Notes: generated by a model not told the origin, from the letters alone. A stretch of DNA of 64,000 nucleotides from an uncultured Actinomycetes bacterium (GCA_963776425.1 CAVZMG010000002.1:952598-1016597), one strand, 5' to 3'. Positions 15,330-29,864 are shown, numbered from the stretch's first letter. Translations and numbers: made by a program.

Positions 15330-17695
15330 GGATCGTCGACGGTTGGCTGCGCGAGTTCTGTCCGACGGATCTCGGCGTGGAGGAGCTCGCCGACCTCTTG
15401 ACCTCCCGGGGGGCCGAGGTCGAACGGATCGAACGGCCATGGGCCCGGTTGGCCGGCGTCGTGGTCGCGGCGGTGCTCGAGGTCCGCGACCACCCGAACT
15501 CCGACAAGCTGTGTTTGGCCCGCGTCTCGACCGGGGGCGGCGAACGCGAGGTGGTCGTCGGCGTCCGCAACATGCGCCCCGGCGACCTGGTGCCGTTGGC
15601 CGGACCGGGTGCAAGCGTCCCGGCCCTTCCGGAACCGCTCACCGCGCGCGAGATCCGGGGCGTCGTGTCCGAGGGGATGCTCTGTTCGCCGATGGAGCTC
15701 GGGATCGCCCCCACGCACGAAGGGATCCTGATCCTGCCTGCCGACCTGGAGCCAGGTGAGGATCTGAAGGCGGCACTCGGTCTTGACCTCGCGGTCTTCG
15801 ACATCGAGGTGACGCCGAACCGGCCTGACTTCCTGTCCGTGATCGGCGTCGCGCGCGAGGTGGCTGCGGCGACCGGGGTACCGTACGCGCCCCCGTCGAT
15901 CGGGCTCGAAGAGGTGGCCGAGCGCGCCGACAGTCTGGCGACCGTCGAGGTGATCGATCCGGAACGTTGTCCGCGGTACCTGGTCAGGATCCTCCGCGAC
16001 GTGAGACACGCGGTGTCCCCGCTCCACGTGCAGGCACGTCTGACCGCCGCGGGGATGCGTCCGATCTCCGCCGCGGTTGACGCCACGAACTACGCCATGC
16101 TTGAGGTCGGGCAGCCGCTCCACGCGTTCGACATGGCCTTGCTGAAAGGTCCAGGGATCGTGGTCCGCCTGGCACAGGAGGGCGAGCGACTGGTCACCCT
16201 CGATGAGGTCGAACGCGACTTCACACCGGACGATCTGTTGATCTGCGACCTCGAACGCCCGGTGGCGGTCGGCGGGGTGATGGGAGGCGCGCTCGCGGAG
16301 ATCTCCGACGCGACGACCGAGATCCTCCTGGAGGCAGCCACGTTCGAACGTGGAGGGGTCCAGCGGACCCGACGTCGGATAGACCTGTCGACGGAGGCGT
16401 CGATGCGGTTCGAGCGTGGCGTGGATCCTGAGGCGGCGGCCGTGGGTGCTGATCGAGCGTGCCGATTGCTCGCCGAGTGGACCGGCGCTCGCGTCTTGGC
16501 GGGATCGATCGAAGTCGGCGGCGCGCCCCCGCGCCGGCATGTCTCGATGCGCGCCGCCCGCGCCTCGGCGGTCATCGGCTACCCGGTCGGGGTGGCGGAT
16601 GCTGCGGGTGTGTTCGACCGGTTGCAGATGAGGTCGGAGATCGATGGGGACACCGTGACCGTCGAGGTTCCCGGGTATCGCGTGGACATCGAGCGAGAGG
16701 TCGACCTGATCGAGGAGGTCGTGCGCATCCAGGGGTACGACCGCGTCGGGTCCACCCTGCCGGCGATCCTTCAGCCCGGCGGCGTTCCCCCCGACTACGC
16801 CTTCCGCGAGCGGGTCCGCCGGGCCATGATGCGCGCCGGGCTCCGCGAGATCTGGTCGTTCCCTTTCTCGAGCGACGCCGATCTAGAGCTCACCGGCGAC
16901 CACGATGCGATCCGCATCATGAACCCGATCCAGGCCGAGGAGGGTTGGCTCCGTACCAGGCTCATGCCTGGGCTGCTCCGCACCCTTCAACGCAACGCAT
17001 CGCGGCAGGTGCGGAGCACTGGCCTGTTCGAGGTCGGCACGGTGTTCCGCTCGGTGGGGGGTGCGCCCGACGAGAGGCCGAAGGTCGCGTTCGCGATGAC
17101 CGGCGAAGCGGAGCACGGCTGGACCGGTGTTCGCGGGTACGACGTGTTCGATGCCAAAGGGGTCGTGGGATCCCTCATGGCCGAGCTCGGCGTGGCATGG
17201 ACGGTTGGCCAGCCGCTCGGCCCACCGTTCCACGGTGGGCGTTCGGCAGCGGTGCTCGTGGGTGGCGCGCAGGTCGGTGTGCTGGGGGAGATCCATCCGC
17301 GTGTCGCGACGCGCCTCGATATCGCTGGCAGGATCGCGGTCGGCGAGCTCGAGCTCGAAGCGTTGATGCGCTCCGTCGCCGACCGGGTGGTCGCGGTCGA
17401 CGTACCACGGTTCCCTCCGGTCCGCAGGGACCTGAGCTTCGTCGTCGACGCTGCGGTACCGGCCGGCGATGTCATGAGCGCGATCGAGACCGCCGGGGGC
17501 GAGTCGCTCGCCGCCAGTCAGCTCTTCGACGTGTTCGAGGGCCCGCCGCTGCCGGAGGGCAAGAAGGGTCTGACGTTCTCGATCGACCTGCGGGACCCGG
17601 ATGGAACGATGGCCGGCGAGCACGCGAACGAGATCGTCGAGCGGATCGCCCTCCGCATCGGGGATCAACTCGGAGGGAAGCTCCGGACGTCGTAG
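15326..17695 (+). CDS. pheT: phenylalanine--tRNA ligase beta subunit
   Basis: MRIVDGWLREFCP... (tRNA-binding/B3-4/B5/FDX-ACB layout). ATG 15326 overlaps the pheS stop (ATGA). The track ORF start at 14708 lies inside pheS. Confidence 0.95.
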   Translation: MRIVDGWLREFCPTDLGVEELADLLTSRGAEVERIERPWARLAGVVVAAVLEVRDHPNSDKLCLARVSTGGGEREVVVGVRNMRPGDLVPLAGPGASVPALPEPLTAREIRGVVSEGMLCSPMELGIAPTHEGILILPADLEPGEDLKAALGLDLAVFDIEVTPNRPDFLSVIGVAREVAAATGVPYAPPSIGLEEVAERADSLATVEVIDPERCPRYLVRILRDVRHAVSPLHVQARLTAAGMRPISAAVDATNYAMLEVGQPLHAFDMALLKGPGIVVRLAQEGERLVTLDEVERDFTPDDLLICDLERPVAVGGVMGGALAEISDATTEILLEAATFERGGVQRTRRRIDLSTEASMRFERGVDPEAAAVGADRACRLLAEWTGARVLAGSIEVGGAPPRRHVSMRAARASAVIGYPVGVADAAGVFDRLQMRSEIDGDTVTVEVPGYRVDIEREVDLIEEVVRIQGYDRVGSTLPAILQPGGVPPDYAFRERVRRAMMRAGLREIWSFPFSSDADLELTGDHDAIRIMNPIQAEEGWLRTRLMPGLLRTLQRNASRQVRSTGLFEVGTVFRSVGGAPDERPKVAFAMTGEAEHGWTGVRGYDVFDAKGVVGSLMAELGVAWTVGQPLGPPFHGGRSAAVLVGGAQVGVLGEIHPRVATRLDIAGRIAVGELELEALMRSVADRVVAVDVPRFPPVRRDLSFVVDAAVPAGDVMSAIETAGGESLAASQLFDVFEGPPLPEGKKGLTFSIDLRDPDGTMAGEHANEIVERIALRIGDQLGGKLRTS

Positions 17696-17724
17696 CCGGT
17701 CCCCCCCGGGCCATCAGGCCGGTA

Positions 17725-17730
17725 TAGACT
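17725..17730 (+). promoter_or_regulatory. candidate -10 box (TAGACT) for leaderless argF
   Basis: Lies 8 nt upstream of ATG 17739, with no SD. Confidence 0.35.
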
Positions 17731-17738
17731 CCGCGCCG

Positions 17739-18659
17739 ATGACCCGTGACTATCTCTCGGTCGACGAGCTCAGCCCGGCAGAGCTGACGCAGATCCTCGA
17801 GCTGTCCGGACGGATCAAAGCCGAGCCCGGATCGTACGCGGGACGATTGGCCGGCCGGTCGATCGCGCTCGTGTTCGAGAAGCCGTCGACGCGGACCCGC
17901 GTCTCGTTCGAGGTCGGCGTCGCCGAGCTCGGTGCCCATCCACTCGTGATCTCCTCCTCCGAGCTGCAACTCGGGCGGGGTGAGACGATCGAAGACACCG
18001 GGCGCGTCCTGAGCCGATACGTGGACGCCATCGTCCTGCGAACGTTCGAGCAGGAGCGGCTGGAGGTCCTGGCGTCGGCGGCGACGGTCCCAGTCGTGAA
18101 CTCGCTGTCGGACTTCGAGCATCCGTGCCAGGCACTCGCCGATCTCTTCACGATCCGCGAACGCCTCGGCGGACCCGGGGGGAAGACCCTCGCCTATCTC
18201 GGGGATGGCAACAACGTCGCACATTCGCTCCTGCTCGCCGGTGCCAAGGCGGGTATGCACGTGCGGGTTGCTACGCCGCCCGGGTTCGAGCCGATCCCGC
18301 TGGTGGTGAACCGTGCCACCGAGATCGCGGCCGAGACCGGCGGGGCGATCGAGGTCGTTCACGACCCAGGGGAGGCTGCGGAAGGAGCCGACGTCCTCTA
18401 CACCGACGCCTGGGCGAGCATGGGACAGGAAGCCGAGGCAGATGAACGCGAGTTGGTCTTCCGCAGTTATCAGATCGACGAGAAACTGCTGGCTGCGGCC
18501 GCGGAGGATGCCATCGTCCTGCACTGCCTGCCTGCCCATCGAGGCATGGAGATCACGGACGACGTGATCGATGGTCCGCGGTCGGCCGTCTGGGATCAGG
18601 CCGAGAACCGCCTCCACACGCAGAAGGCGCTGTTGCTCTTCCTGTTCGACCTCGCCTGA
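17739..18659 (+). CDS. argF: ornithine carbamoyltransferase
   Basis: FEKPSTRTRVSFE, HPCQALAD, DAWASMGQE and HCLPAHRG are OTCase signature blocks. Confidence 0.9.
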   Translation: MTRDYLSVDELSPAELTQILELSGRIKAEPGSYAGRLAGRSIALVFEKPSTRTRVSFEVGVAELGAHPLVISSSELQLGRGETIEDTGRVLSRYVDAIVLRTFEQERLEVLASAATVPVVNSLSDFEHPCQALADLFTIRERLGGPGGKTLAYLGDGNNVAHSLLLAGAKAGMHVRVATPPGFEPIPLVVNRATEIAAETGGAIEVVHDPGEAAEGADVLYTDAWASMGQEAEADERELVFRSYQIDEKLLAAAAEDAIVLHCLPAHRGMEITDDVIDGPRSAVWDQAENRLHTQKALLLFLFDLA

Positions 18660-18666
18660 GGCTGGC

Positions 18667-20391
18667 GTGGCCAGGTCGAACGACCACGTCGAACAGGTCC
18701 TCCTGGAGTTCGCCGACCTCTTGTCGATCTTGTCCGGTGATCCGTACAAGCCGCGTGCCTACGAGAAGGCTGCCCGGTCGGTGGGCGGGTATCACGCGGA
18801 TCTCGCGGATCTCGATCTCAAGGGGATCCTGCAGATCCCGAGCGTGGGGAAGTCGATCGCCGAGAAGATCGAGGAGATCCTCTCGTCGGGGACGTTCGCG
18901 GATCTCGAGGGTCTGCGAGCACAGATCCCGCCGGGGGTCCGCGAGTTGATGGGGATCCCTGGGCTCGGACCCAAGAAGGCACTGATCCTGCATCGGGAGC
19001 TCGGCATCGACTCCGTCGAAGGGCTGATGGCCGCGATCGACGCCGATCAGGTCGCGGGATTGAAGGGGTTCGGAGGCAAGACCCAAGACAACATCGTCCG
19101 GGGGCTGGAGCAGCTGTCCGCATCCGGTGGCCGCGTGTCCGTGAGCGTGGCGCTGGATCTCGCGGAGTCGATGGTGGCGCAACTCGGCGAGCTCCCTGCG
19201 GTCCGAAAGGTCGCGTATGCCGGGTCCCTCCGGCGGATGCGGGAGACGATCGGCGATGTCGATCTGTTGGTCGCGAGTGCCGACGCCCCGCCGGTGATGG
19301 AGGCATTCGTCGGACGGCCGGAGGTCGGTCGTGTCATCGCACATGGCGATACGAAGTCGTCGGTCGTCACGACGGGCGGGCTCCAGGTCGACCTCCGGGT
19401 GGTCACGCCGGATGTCTGGGGGGCCGCCATGATCTACTTCACCGGCTCGAAGGCCCACAACGTGCGGATCCGCGAGATGGCCGTGCGTGCGGGGCTCAAA
19501 CTGAACGAATACGGTCTGTTCGACGCGAAGAGCGGCGAGCTGCTGGCGGCGAACACGGAGGAAGCCGTCTATGAACGGCTCGGTCTTCCCTACATCGCAC
19601 CGACGCTGCGCGAGGACCGCGGCGAAGTGGAGGCGGCCCTGCGGGGAGAGCTCCCCGCGGTCCTCGAACAGCGGCAGCTGAGAGGTGACCTCCACACCCA
19701 CACGAACCTCACCGACGGCCTCGCGAGCCTCGAGGAGATGGTCGCGACGGCCGCCGGATCCCGGTACGCGTACTACGCCGTCACCGACCATGCGCCGAAC
19801 CTGTCGATGCAGCGGATGACCGATGAGAAGATCCTCGCCCAACGCGCGGAGCTTCGAGCGATGCAGTCCCGCTACGAGATGACGCTCCTCCATGGAACGG
19901 AGCTGAACATCGATCCGGATGGCGATGTCGACTGGCCCGACGAGTTCCTCGCAGGGTTCGATCTGACGGTCGCGTCGGTCCACTCGCATTTCACGCAATC
20001 GCGCGAGGAGATGACACGGCGCGTGATCCGCGCCATCGAGAACCCGTACGTCAACGTGATCGGCCACTTAACCACCAGGCAGATCGGCAAGCGACCACCC
20101 GTGGACCTCGACCTGGATGCCGTGTTCGAGGCAGCGGCGCGGACCGGTACGGCGCTCGAGGTGAACTCGCATCCGCAGCGCCTCGATCTGAACGACGAGC
20201 ACATCCTCTGGGCACGGCGACACGGGGTGAAGTTCGCGGTGGATACCGATGCACATTCGCCGGTTCACCTGCCCTTCATCCGGTTCGGCGTGGCCACGGC
20301 GCAGCGAGGTTGGCTGACGAAGGACGACGTGATCAACGCCTGGCCGCTCACCAAGCTCAGGAAGTTCCTCCGCAAGGGACGGGCAGCTTGA
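18667..20391 (+). CDS. polX: family X DNA polymerase with C-terminal PHP domain
   Basis: HhH/PolX core (YKPRAYEKAARS, IPSVGKSIAEKI, GIPGLGPKKA, GSLRRMRETIGDVDLLV) followed by PHP (GDLHTHTNLTDG...VTDH). Confidence 0.9.
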   Translation: MARSNDHVEQVLLEFADLLSILSGDPYKPRAYEKAARSVGGYHADLADLDLKGILQIPSVGKSIAEKIEEILSSGTFADLEGLRAQIPPGVRELMGIPGLGPKKALILHRELGIDSVEGLMAAIDADQVAGLKGFGGKTQDNIVRGLEQLSASGGRVSVSVALDLAESMVAQLGELPAVRKVAYAGSLRRMRETIGDVDLLVASADAPPVMEAFVGRPEVGRVIAHGDTKSSVVTTGGLQVDLRVVTPDVWGAAMIYFTGSKAHNVRIREMAVRAGLKLNEYGLFDAKSGELLAANTEEAVYERLGLPYIAPTLREDRGEVEAALRGELPAVLEQRQLRGDLHTHTNLTDGLASLEEMVATAAGSRYAYYAVTDHAPNLSMQRMTDEKILAQRAELRAMQSRYEMTLLHGTELNIDPDGDVDWPDEFLAGFDLTVASVHSHFTQSREEMTRRVIRAIENPYVNVIGHLTTRQIGKRPPVDLDLDAVFEAAARTGTALEVNSHPQRLDLNDEHILWARRHGVKFAVDTDAHSPVHLPFIRFGVATAQRGWLTKDDVINAWPLTKLRKFLRKGRAA

Positions 20392-21005
20392 CGTCGCGGC
20401 GGCGGCTCTCGCGGGCGTTCTACGCTCGCCCGTCGACGGTCGTGGCACCGGAGCTGCTGGGCCGGGTACTGGTGCGCCGGACGAACGACGGCTCACGGCT
20501 CGCGGCCCGCATCGTCGAGGTCGAGGCATATGCGCCCGACGATCCCGCGAGCCATGCCTTCCGAGGGCCAACGCCGCGCAACGCGGCGATGTTCGGACCG
20601 GCCGGGCGCCTCTACGTGTATCTGGCATACGGCGTGCACCACTGCATGAACGCGGTCACCGGCCGAGTAGGGGAGGGCTCCGCGGTCCTGCTCCGCGCCG
20701 CCGAGCCTCTCGAAGGGATCAGCGTCATGCGCGAGCGCCGCGGTCGAGATGCCCCATCCGACCTCTGCTCGGGCCCCGGGAAGCTCTGCCAGGCGTTCGG
20801 GGTCGACCGGTCGATGGACGACACCGACCTGATCCTCGGGAACGAGCTCTCGATCGTGGAGGGGGATCCGGTCGACCGACGCCGTGTCGTCGCTTCTCCG
20901 CGAGTGGGGATCGGGGTCGGCGCGGATCGTCTGTGGCGATTCTCGGTCCGGGACGATCCGTGGGTGTCGCACCGCCGACCCGTTCCGCGTTCATCCCCCG
21001 GGTGA
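20388..21005 (+). CDS. mpg: DNA-3-methyladenine glycosylase (Mpg/AAG family)
   Basis: FYARPSTVVAPELLG...IVEVEAYAPDDPASHAFRGPTPRNAAMFGPAGRLYVYLAYGVHHCMNAV. TTG 20388 overlaps the polX stop. Confidence 0.88.
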   Translation: MTSRRRLSRAFYARPSTVVAPELLGRVLVRRTNDGSRLAARIVEVEAYAPDDPASHAFRGPTPRNAAMFGPAGRLYVYLAYGVHHCMNAVTGRVGEGSAVLLRAAEPLEGISVMRERRGRDAPSDLCSGPGKLCQAFGVDRSMDDTDLILGNELSIVEGDPVDRRRVVASPRVGIGVGADRLWRFSVRDDPWVSHRRPVPRSSPG

Positions 21006-23234
21006 GCTGAGGTCCTTGGAGACGGTGATCGTCACGGTGCTCGTCTGGTACGCCGTGACGCCGGCTGGGGGGTCTTGCGAGATCACCGTGCCGGCGGGCT
21101 GCGTCGAAGTCTCGACGAGGACCTTCACGTAGAAGCCCGCCTGAGCGAGCAGGGTCATCGCCGACGCTTGTGACAAGCCGACGACCGACGGTACGAGGAC
21201 CGACTGCAGCGATGTCGGGGTCGTGCACGTCTGCGTGGGCTCGGTGCCGGCGATGAATTCGAGGGTCTGGACGTTCTGGGGGAGCGTGAACTGGTTCGGC
21301 AGGCAGTACGGATCTTGGGTCACGTCGACGGCGACAGCGATGTAGTTCACTGCCGGTGTCGGGAACTCACGCACCGGGAACGTCGGTGCGGCCCTCGTCA
21401 TGAACAGCCGCCAGATCTGCGCCGGCCAGGTACCGCCGAACACCGTGATCCTCGTCGTAGGCGGCTGCATCGAGATCTGTCCTTGCGGGAATCCCACCCA
21501 GACGGACGCGACCAACTGCGGGATCGCACCGACGAACCAGCCATCTGTGTAGTTTTGGTTCGTGCCGGTCTTGCCGATCTGCGGACGCCCGATGTTCGCC
21601 GCCGTCCCTGTGCCGTAGAGCACGACCTTCTGCAGGATCTGATCCGCCGCCGATGCCACCGCCGGGTCGATCACCTGTTTGGGCGTCGGGTTGGCCTGCC
21701 AGACCAGGTTGCCGTGCGCGTCGGTGATGTTGATGACGGGGATCGGGTTCACGTGTTGTCCGCCTGTGGCAAGGGTCCCGTATGCAGATGCCATCTCGAG
21801 CGTGTTGACCTCGTTCGTACCGAGGACCGCCGACAGGTATGGGAGCAGTTGGTTCTTAGGCTCCGACACCCGGACGCAGCAGCGGATGCCCATGCGCTTG
21901 GCGACGTCGACCACCGTTTGGGCGCCCAGCTCGTCGATCAGCTGCGCATACACGGTGTTGACGGAGTAGATCGTCGCCTGTTCCAGGGTCAGGCTCCCGT
22001 AGGCGCTCGGCTCCGCGTTGGAGACATCCCAGACCTGGCCGTTGTCGAGAGGGATCTCGATCGAGGATGGCGCGGCGAAGACCGTGCTCGGCGAGATGCC
22101 GTTCTCGAGCGCCGCGACCAGGGCGAACGGTTTGAATGAGGAACCCGCCTGCCGTCCGGTGCTTCCCCCGGTGGCCAGGTTCACGCGACCATCTGTCGAG
22201 TGCGCATCCCAATAATCGGCGTCCGTCCCGCCGACCATCGCTCGGACGTAGCCCGTCCGAGGGTCGATCACGGTCATCGCGCCGGCGGGATCTCCCGGGT
22301 AGGCGAGGACCGAGCGTACGGCGGTCTGGGCAGCGATCTGGAAGTGCGGGTCGATCGTGGTCGTGATGCGGAGTCCGCCCGTGAACAACAGCTTGTAGCG
22401 ATCGTCGCGGGTCGCGCCGAAGGCGGGGTTCGACAGGAACCACTGCTTGAAGTAGTCGACGAAATACGGGAACGGATAACGATCCTGCGATGTGGATGCT
22501 TGAAGCTCGATCGGCTCAGCGACGCTCTCATCGTGGACCTGGGCCGAGATCATCCCCTGGTCGAGCATGGCTCGGAGCACCTGGTCCCGACGCACGCGGG
22601 CATGCACCGGATGAGCGAAGGGGTCGAACGCGTTCGGCGAACGGATCAAACCGGCCAACATCGCGCACTGGGCGACCGATAACGCGCTGGCGTCGACGGC
22701 GAAGTACGAGCGAGCCGCCGCTTGGATACCGTAGGCGCCTTCCCCGAAGTACACCGTGTTCAGGTACTTCGTCAGGATCTGGTCCTTGGTGAGCCGGTCC
22801 TCCAACTGCCAGGCCAGGATCGCCTCGTCGATCTTGCGACGGAACGTCTCGTCGTTCCCGACGTAGAGCTGTTTGACGAGCTGCTGCGTGATCGTCGACC
22901 CACCCTCAACGATATGACCGGCCGCCACATCGGCGTACGCGGCGCGCAGGATCGCGCGGAGGTCGACGCCGTGGTGGTAGTAGAAGCGCTTGTCTTCGAT
23001 CGCGACCGCGGCATCGCGCATCGCCTGTGGCATCTGGGACCGCGAAAGGACGACGCGGTCCTCGCCGGCGTGCAGTTCGGTGATCAGGCTGCCGTCCGAG
23101 GCGTAGAGGAACGACGTCTGTGCGAGCGGCAGCGCCTGTCGACGGTAGTCGGCCAGTCGCGGCAGCCCGCCACATGCCGCCGAGACCAGCGCGAACAGGG
23201 TCACGGCGAGGGCGAGTCCCCGGCTCTTCCTCAC
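20991..23234 (-). CDS. ponA: class A penicillin-binding protein (glycosyltransferase plus transpeptidase plus C-terminal PASTA)
   Basis: GT51 motifs AIEDKRFYYHHGVD, GGSTITQQLVK and RKIDEA. Transpeptidase motifs SSFKP and KTGT. PASTA tail VPSVVGLSQASAMTLL. Start is GTG 23234 (a -10 box lies 7 nt upstream) or ATG 23276. The part of the track ORF beyond 23276 is antisense to tyrS. Confidence 0.9.
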   Translation of the reverse strand: MRKSRGLALAVTLFALVSAACGGLPRLADYRRQALPLAQTSFLYASDGSLITELHAGEDRVVLSRSQMPQAMRDAAVAIEDKRFYYHHGVDLRAILRAAYADVAAGHIVEGGSTITQQLVKQLYVGNDETFRRKIDEAILAWQLEDRLTKDQILTKYLNTVYFGEGAYGIQAAARSYFAVDASALSVAQCAMLAGLIRSPNAFDPFAHPVHARVRRDQVLRAMLDQGMISAQVHDESVAEPIELQASTSQDRYPFPYFVDYFKQWFLSNPAFGATRDDRYKLLFTGGLRITTTIDPHFQIAAQTAVRSVLAYPGDPAGAMTVIDPRTGYVRAMVGGTDADYWDAHSTDGRVNLATGGSTGRQAGSSFKPFALVAALENGISPSTVFAAPSSIEIPLDNGQVWDVSNAEPSAYGSLTLEQATIYSVNTVYAQLIDELGAQTVVDVAKRMGIRCCVRVSEPKNQLLPYLSAVLGTNEVNTLEMASAYGTLATGGQHVNPIPVINITDAHGNLVWQANPTPKQVIDPAVASAADQILQKVVLYGTGTAANIGRPQIGKTGTNQNYTDGWFVGAIPQLVASVWVGFPQGQISMQPPTTRITVFGGTWPAQIWRLFMTRAAPTFPVREFPTPAVNYIAVAVDVTQDPYCLPNQFTLPQNVQTLEFIAGTEPTQTCTTPTSLQSVLVPSVVGLSQASAMTLLAQAGFYVKVLVETSTQPAGTVISQDPPAGVTAYQTSTVTITVSKDLSSPGG

Positions 23235-23241
23235 CCCGTCG

Positions 23242-23247
23242 AGTCTA
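23242..23247 (-). promoter_or_regulatory. candidate -10 box (TAGACT on the minus strand) for a leaderless PBP gene
   Basis: Plus-strand agtcta. It lies 7 nt upstream of the in-frame minus-strand GTG at 23234. Confidence 0.35.
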
Positions 23248-23270
23248 CCGGTGACGCGAGTTCGCACTGG

Positions 23271-23276
23271 TAGCAT
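23271..23276 (+). promoter_or_regulatory. candidate -10 box (TAGCAT) for leaderless tyrS
   Basis: Lies 9 nt upstream of ATG 23286. Its CAT is the complement of the alternative PBP ATG. Confidence 0.35.
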
Positions 23277-23285
23277 CGCGTCGCC

Positions 23286-24491
23286 ATGGCTTCCGATACC
23301 GTCGCCCTGCTGAAGGGTGGGACAGCGGAGATCGTCCCAGACGGCGGACTCGAAGAGAAGCTCGGGCTCGGGCGCCCGCTTCGCGTGAAACTGGGGTTGG
23401 ACCCGACCGCCGCCGACGTGACGCTCGGTTGGGCGGTCGTTCTCCGGAAGCTCCGTCGGTTCCAGGATGCAGGTCATACGGCCGTCTTGATCGTGGGCGA
23501 CTTCACGGCTCGCGTCGGCGATCCCTCGGGCAAATCGGAGACGCGCCCGCGTCTCGAGAGGGATGTCGTCGATGCGTACGCGGAAGGCGTGCTCGCGCAA
23601 TTCCGACTCATCCTGTCGGAGGATCGGCTCGAGGTCCGTCGTAATTCCGAGTGGCTGGAGCCGCTCGGGATGGAGGGCGTCCTGAAGCTCACGGCCTCGA
23701 CGACCGTTGCCCGGATGCTCGAGCGCGACGATTTCGCGAACCGCTACCGCGAGGGCCGCCCGATCTCGATGATGGAGTTCATGTACCCGCTCCTGCAGGG
23801 CTACGACTCGGTCGCGACCGAGGCCGACGTGGAGTTGGGCGGCGGCGATCAACTGTTCAACCTCCTCGTGGGCCGGGACCTTCAGCGCGCATGGGGTCAG
23901 GAACCTCAACTCGTGATGACCGTCCCGCTCCTCGAGGGCCTCGACGGGGTGCAGAAGATGAGCCAATCGCTCGGCAACTACGTGGGGATCACGGAGCCGC
24001 CGGATGAGATGTTCGGGAAGTTGATGAGCATCCCGGACGGACTGATCGTGCGGTACGTCCAGCTCTGCACGGATACGGATGCCTCGGAAGTCGATGCCCT
24101 CGAAGGGGGACTGGCGAGCGGATCGCGGAGCGCGAACGCAGAGAAGCGCCGGATGGCCGCCGCGGTGGTCGACCTCTACCACGGCCCGGGCGCAGGAGCG
24201 CAGGCGGAGGATGCGTTCGATCGCGTCCACCGTGACCGTGAGCTCCCCGACGATCCGACAGATGTCACGATCCCGACCCCCGCGATCCGCGAAGGACGCG
24301 TGTGGGTACCGCGGCTCCTGGTCGAGCTCGGCCAGGCACGTTCGAACGCCGAGGGCCGGCGCCTCATCGAGCAGGGGGGTGTTCGCGTGGACGGCGTCGT
24401 GCTGGAGGATGCTGGTCGGGAGTTCCCAGTGGAGGAGCTGCGAGGCTGCGTCCTCCAGGTCGGCCGGCGTTGGTTCGGCCGTCTGGCGTGA
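23286..24491 (+). CDS. tyrS: tyrosine--tRNA ligase
   Basis: Class I core (LGLDPTAADVTLGW as the HIGH region, KMSQSLGN as KMSKS) plus a C-terminal S4-like domain (RRLIEQGGVRVDG). Confidence 0.95.
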   Translation: MASDTVALLKGGTAEIVPDGGLEEKLGLGRPLRVKLGLDPTAADVTLGWAVVLRKLRRFQDAGHTAVLIVGDFTARVGDPSGKSETRPRLERDVVDAYAEGVLAQFRLILSEDRLEVRRNSEWLEPLGMEGVLKLTASTTVARMLERDDFANRYREGRPISMMEFMYPLLQGYDSVATEADVELGGGDQLFNLLVGRDLQRAWGQEPQLVMTVPLLEGLDGVQKMSQSLGNYVGITEPPDEMFGKLMSIPDGLIVRYVQLCTDTDASEVDALEGGLASGSRSANAEKRRMAAAVVDLYHGPGAGAQAEDAFDRVHRDRELPDDPTDVTIPTPAIREGRVWVPRLLVELGQARSNAEGRRLIEQGGVRVDGVVLEDAGREFPVEELRGCVLQVGRRWFGRLA

Positions 24492-24498
24492 GCGCCGG

Positions 24499-24526
24499 TT
24501 GACGGCACCTCGAACGCTGCTACCAT
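24499..24526 (+). promoter_or_regulatory. candidate rRNA operon promoter (TTGACG-16 nt-TACCAT)
   Basis: -35 TTGACG at 24499-24504 and -10 TACCAT at 24521-24526. It lies about 290 nt upstream of the 16S 5' end and overlaps the tyrS stop region. Confidence 0.5.
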
Positions 24527-24604
24527 ACGAGTCCGGCGCGCCCCGCCCTGAAGTGCCTTTCCGTGCTTCGTGGTGGGATCCCGCGTCTCCTCGCACCTTG
24601 AGAA

Positions 24605-24619
24605 CTGAACAGTGTGTCG
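24605..24619 (+). other. 5' arm of the 16S precursor processing stem
   Basis: ctgaacagtgtgtcg is exactly complementary to cgacacactgttcag at 26478-26492, downstream of the 16S gene. It is preceded by the box gcaccttgagaact (24593-24606), which recurs at 26515-26528. Confidence 0.75.
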
Positions 24620-24814
24620 AAAGCCAGTGCCTTCCCGTCAGCTGGGAGGCGCGGTTCGCCGCGTCTCGGAGTAGCAGCAGACGGTCAAGTACTGAAACCG
24701 TCCGGACAATCGGGCGGGATCAGCTGAAAGCGGTCGCCATGGAGTGTCATCCGGACGCGGCCGACTCCAAATGAAAACGAACCCCGGATCCTTCTCGGAT
24801 CAGGGACTTCGGAT

Positions 24815-26350
<1,536 letters not shown>

Positions 26351-26528
26351 AGCCTTTTGGCACTTCCGGGGAGCCCGATCGGGCTCGATATCCCGGCAAG
26401 ACTCCAGGTCGATGCACCGGCTTTCAACGGACCCCCCGGCCGCCGACGTTCGCGTCGCCCGCCGGGGCCGTCACGCACGACACACTGTTCAGCTTTGAGG
26501 GTGCGAGCCCTCGGGCACCTTGAGAACT

Positions 26529-26545
26529 CGATAGCGAGCGCGAGC
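26529..26545 (+). other. 5' arm of the 23S precursor processing stem
   Basis: cgatagcgagcgcgagc is exactly complementary to gctcgcgctcgctatcg at 29654-29670, just after the 23S 3' end (17 bp). Confidence 0.8.
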
Positions 26546-26552
26546 ATCTATA

Positions 26553-29650
<3,098 letters not shown>

Positions 29651-29737
29651 TTCGCTCGCGCTCGCTATCGCAGTTCCCGAGCTCTGCTCGAGGGACGCAT
29701 CCTCAACCATGTCGGGTCGGCAACGATCCGAGACACC

Positions 29738-29857
29738 GTTTCGGTGGCCATAGCGGAGGGGAAACACCCGGTCCCATCCCGAACCCGGAAGTTAAGCCCT
29801 CCAGCGCCGATGGTACTGCCTGGGTGACTGGGTGGGAGAGTAGGTCGTCGCCGGAAC
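29738..29857 (+). rRNA. rrf: 5S ribosomal RNA
   Basis: gtttcggtggccatagcgg...cccggtcccatcccgaacccggaagttaagcc...cgccgatggtactg...gggagagtaggtcgtcgccggaac. Confidence 0.9.
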
Positions 29858-29864
29858 ATCGTTG

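Noticed and set aside
23240-23290. T-box leaders upstream of tyrS. The same question was asked for pheS (14253-14282) and trpS (50635-50746).
   Set aside because: The upstream regions are only 9-110 nt. They lack the T-box sequence and a specifier or terminator architecture, which needs about 200 nt or more.
23277-24596. N-terminal roughly 440 aa of the 1201-aa minus-strand ORF (20991-24596).
   Set aside because: This part is antisense to tyrS and has no homology pattern. The PBP signal/TM segment and GT51 motifs begin only after 23276/23234, so the gene was trimmed.
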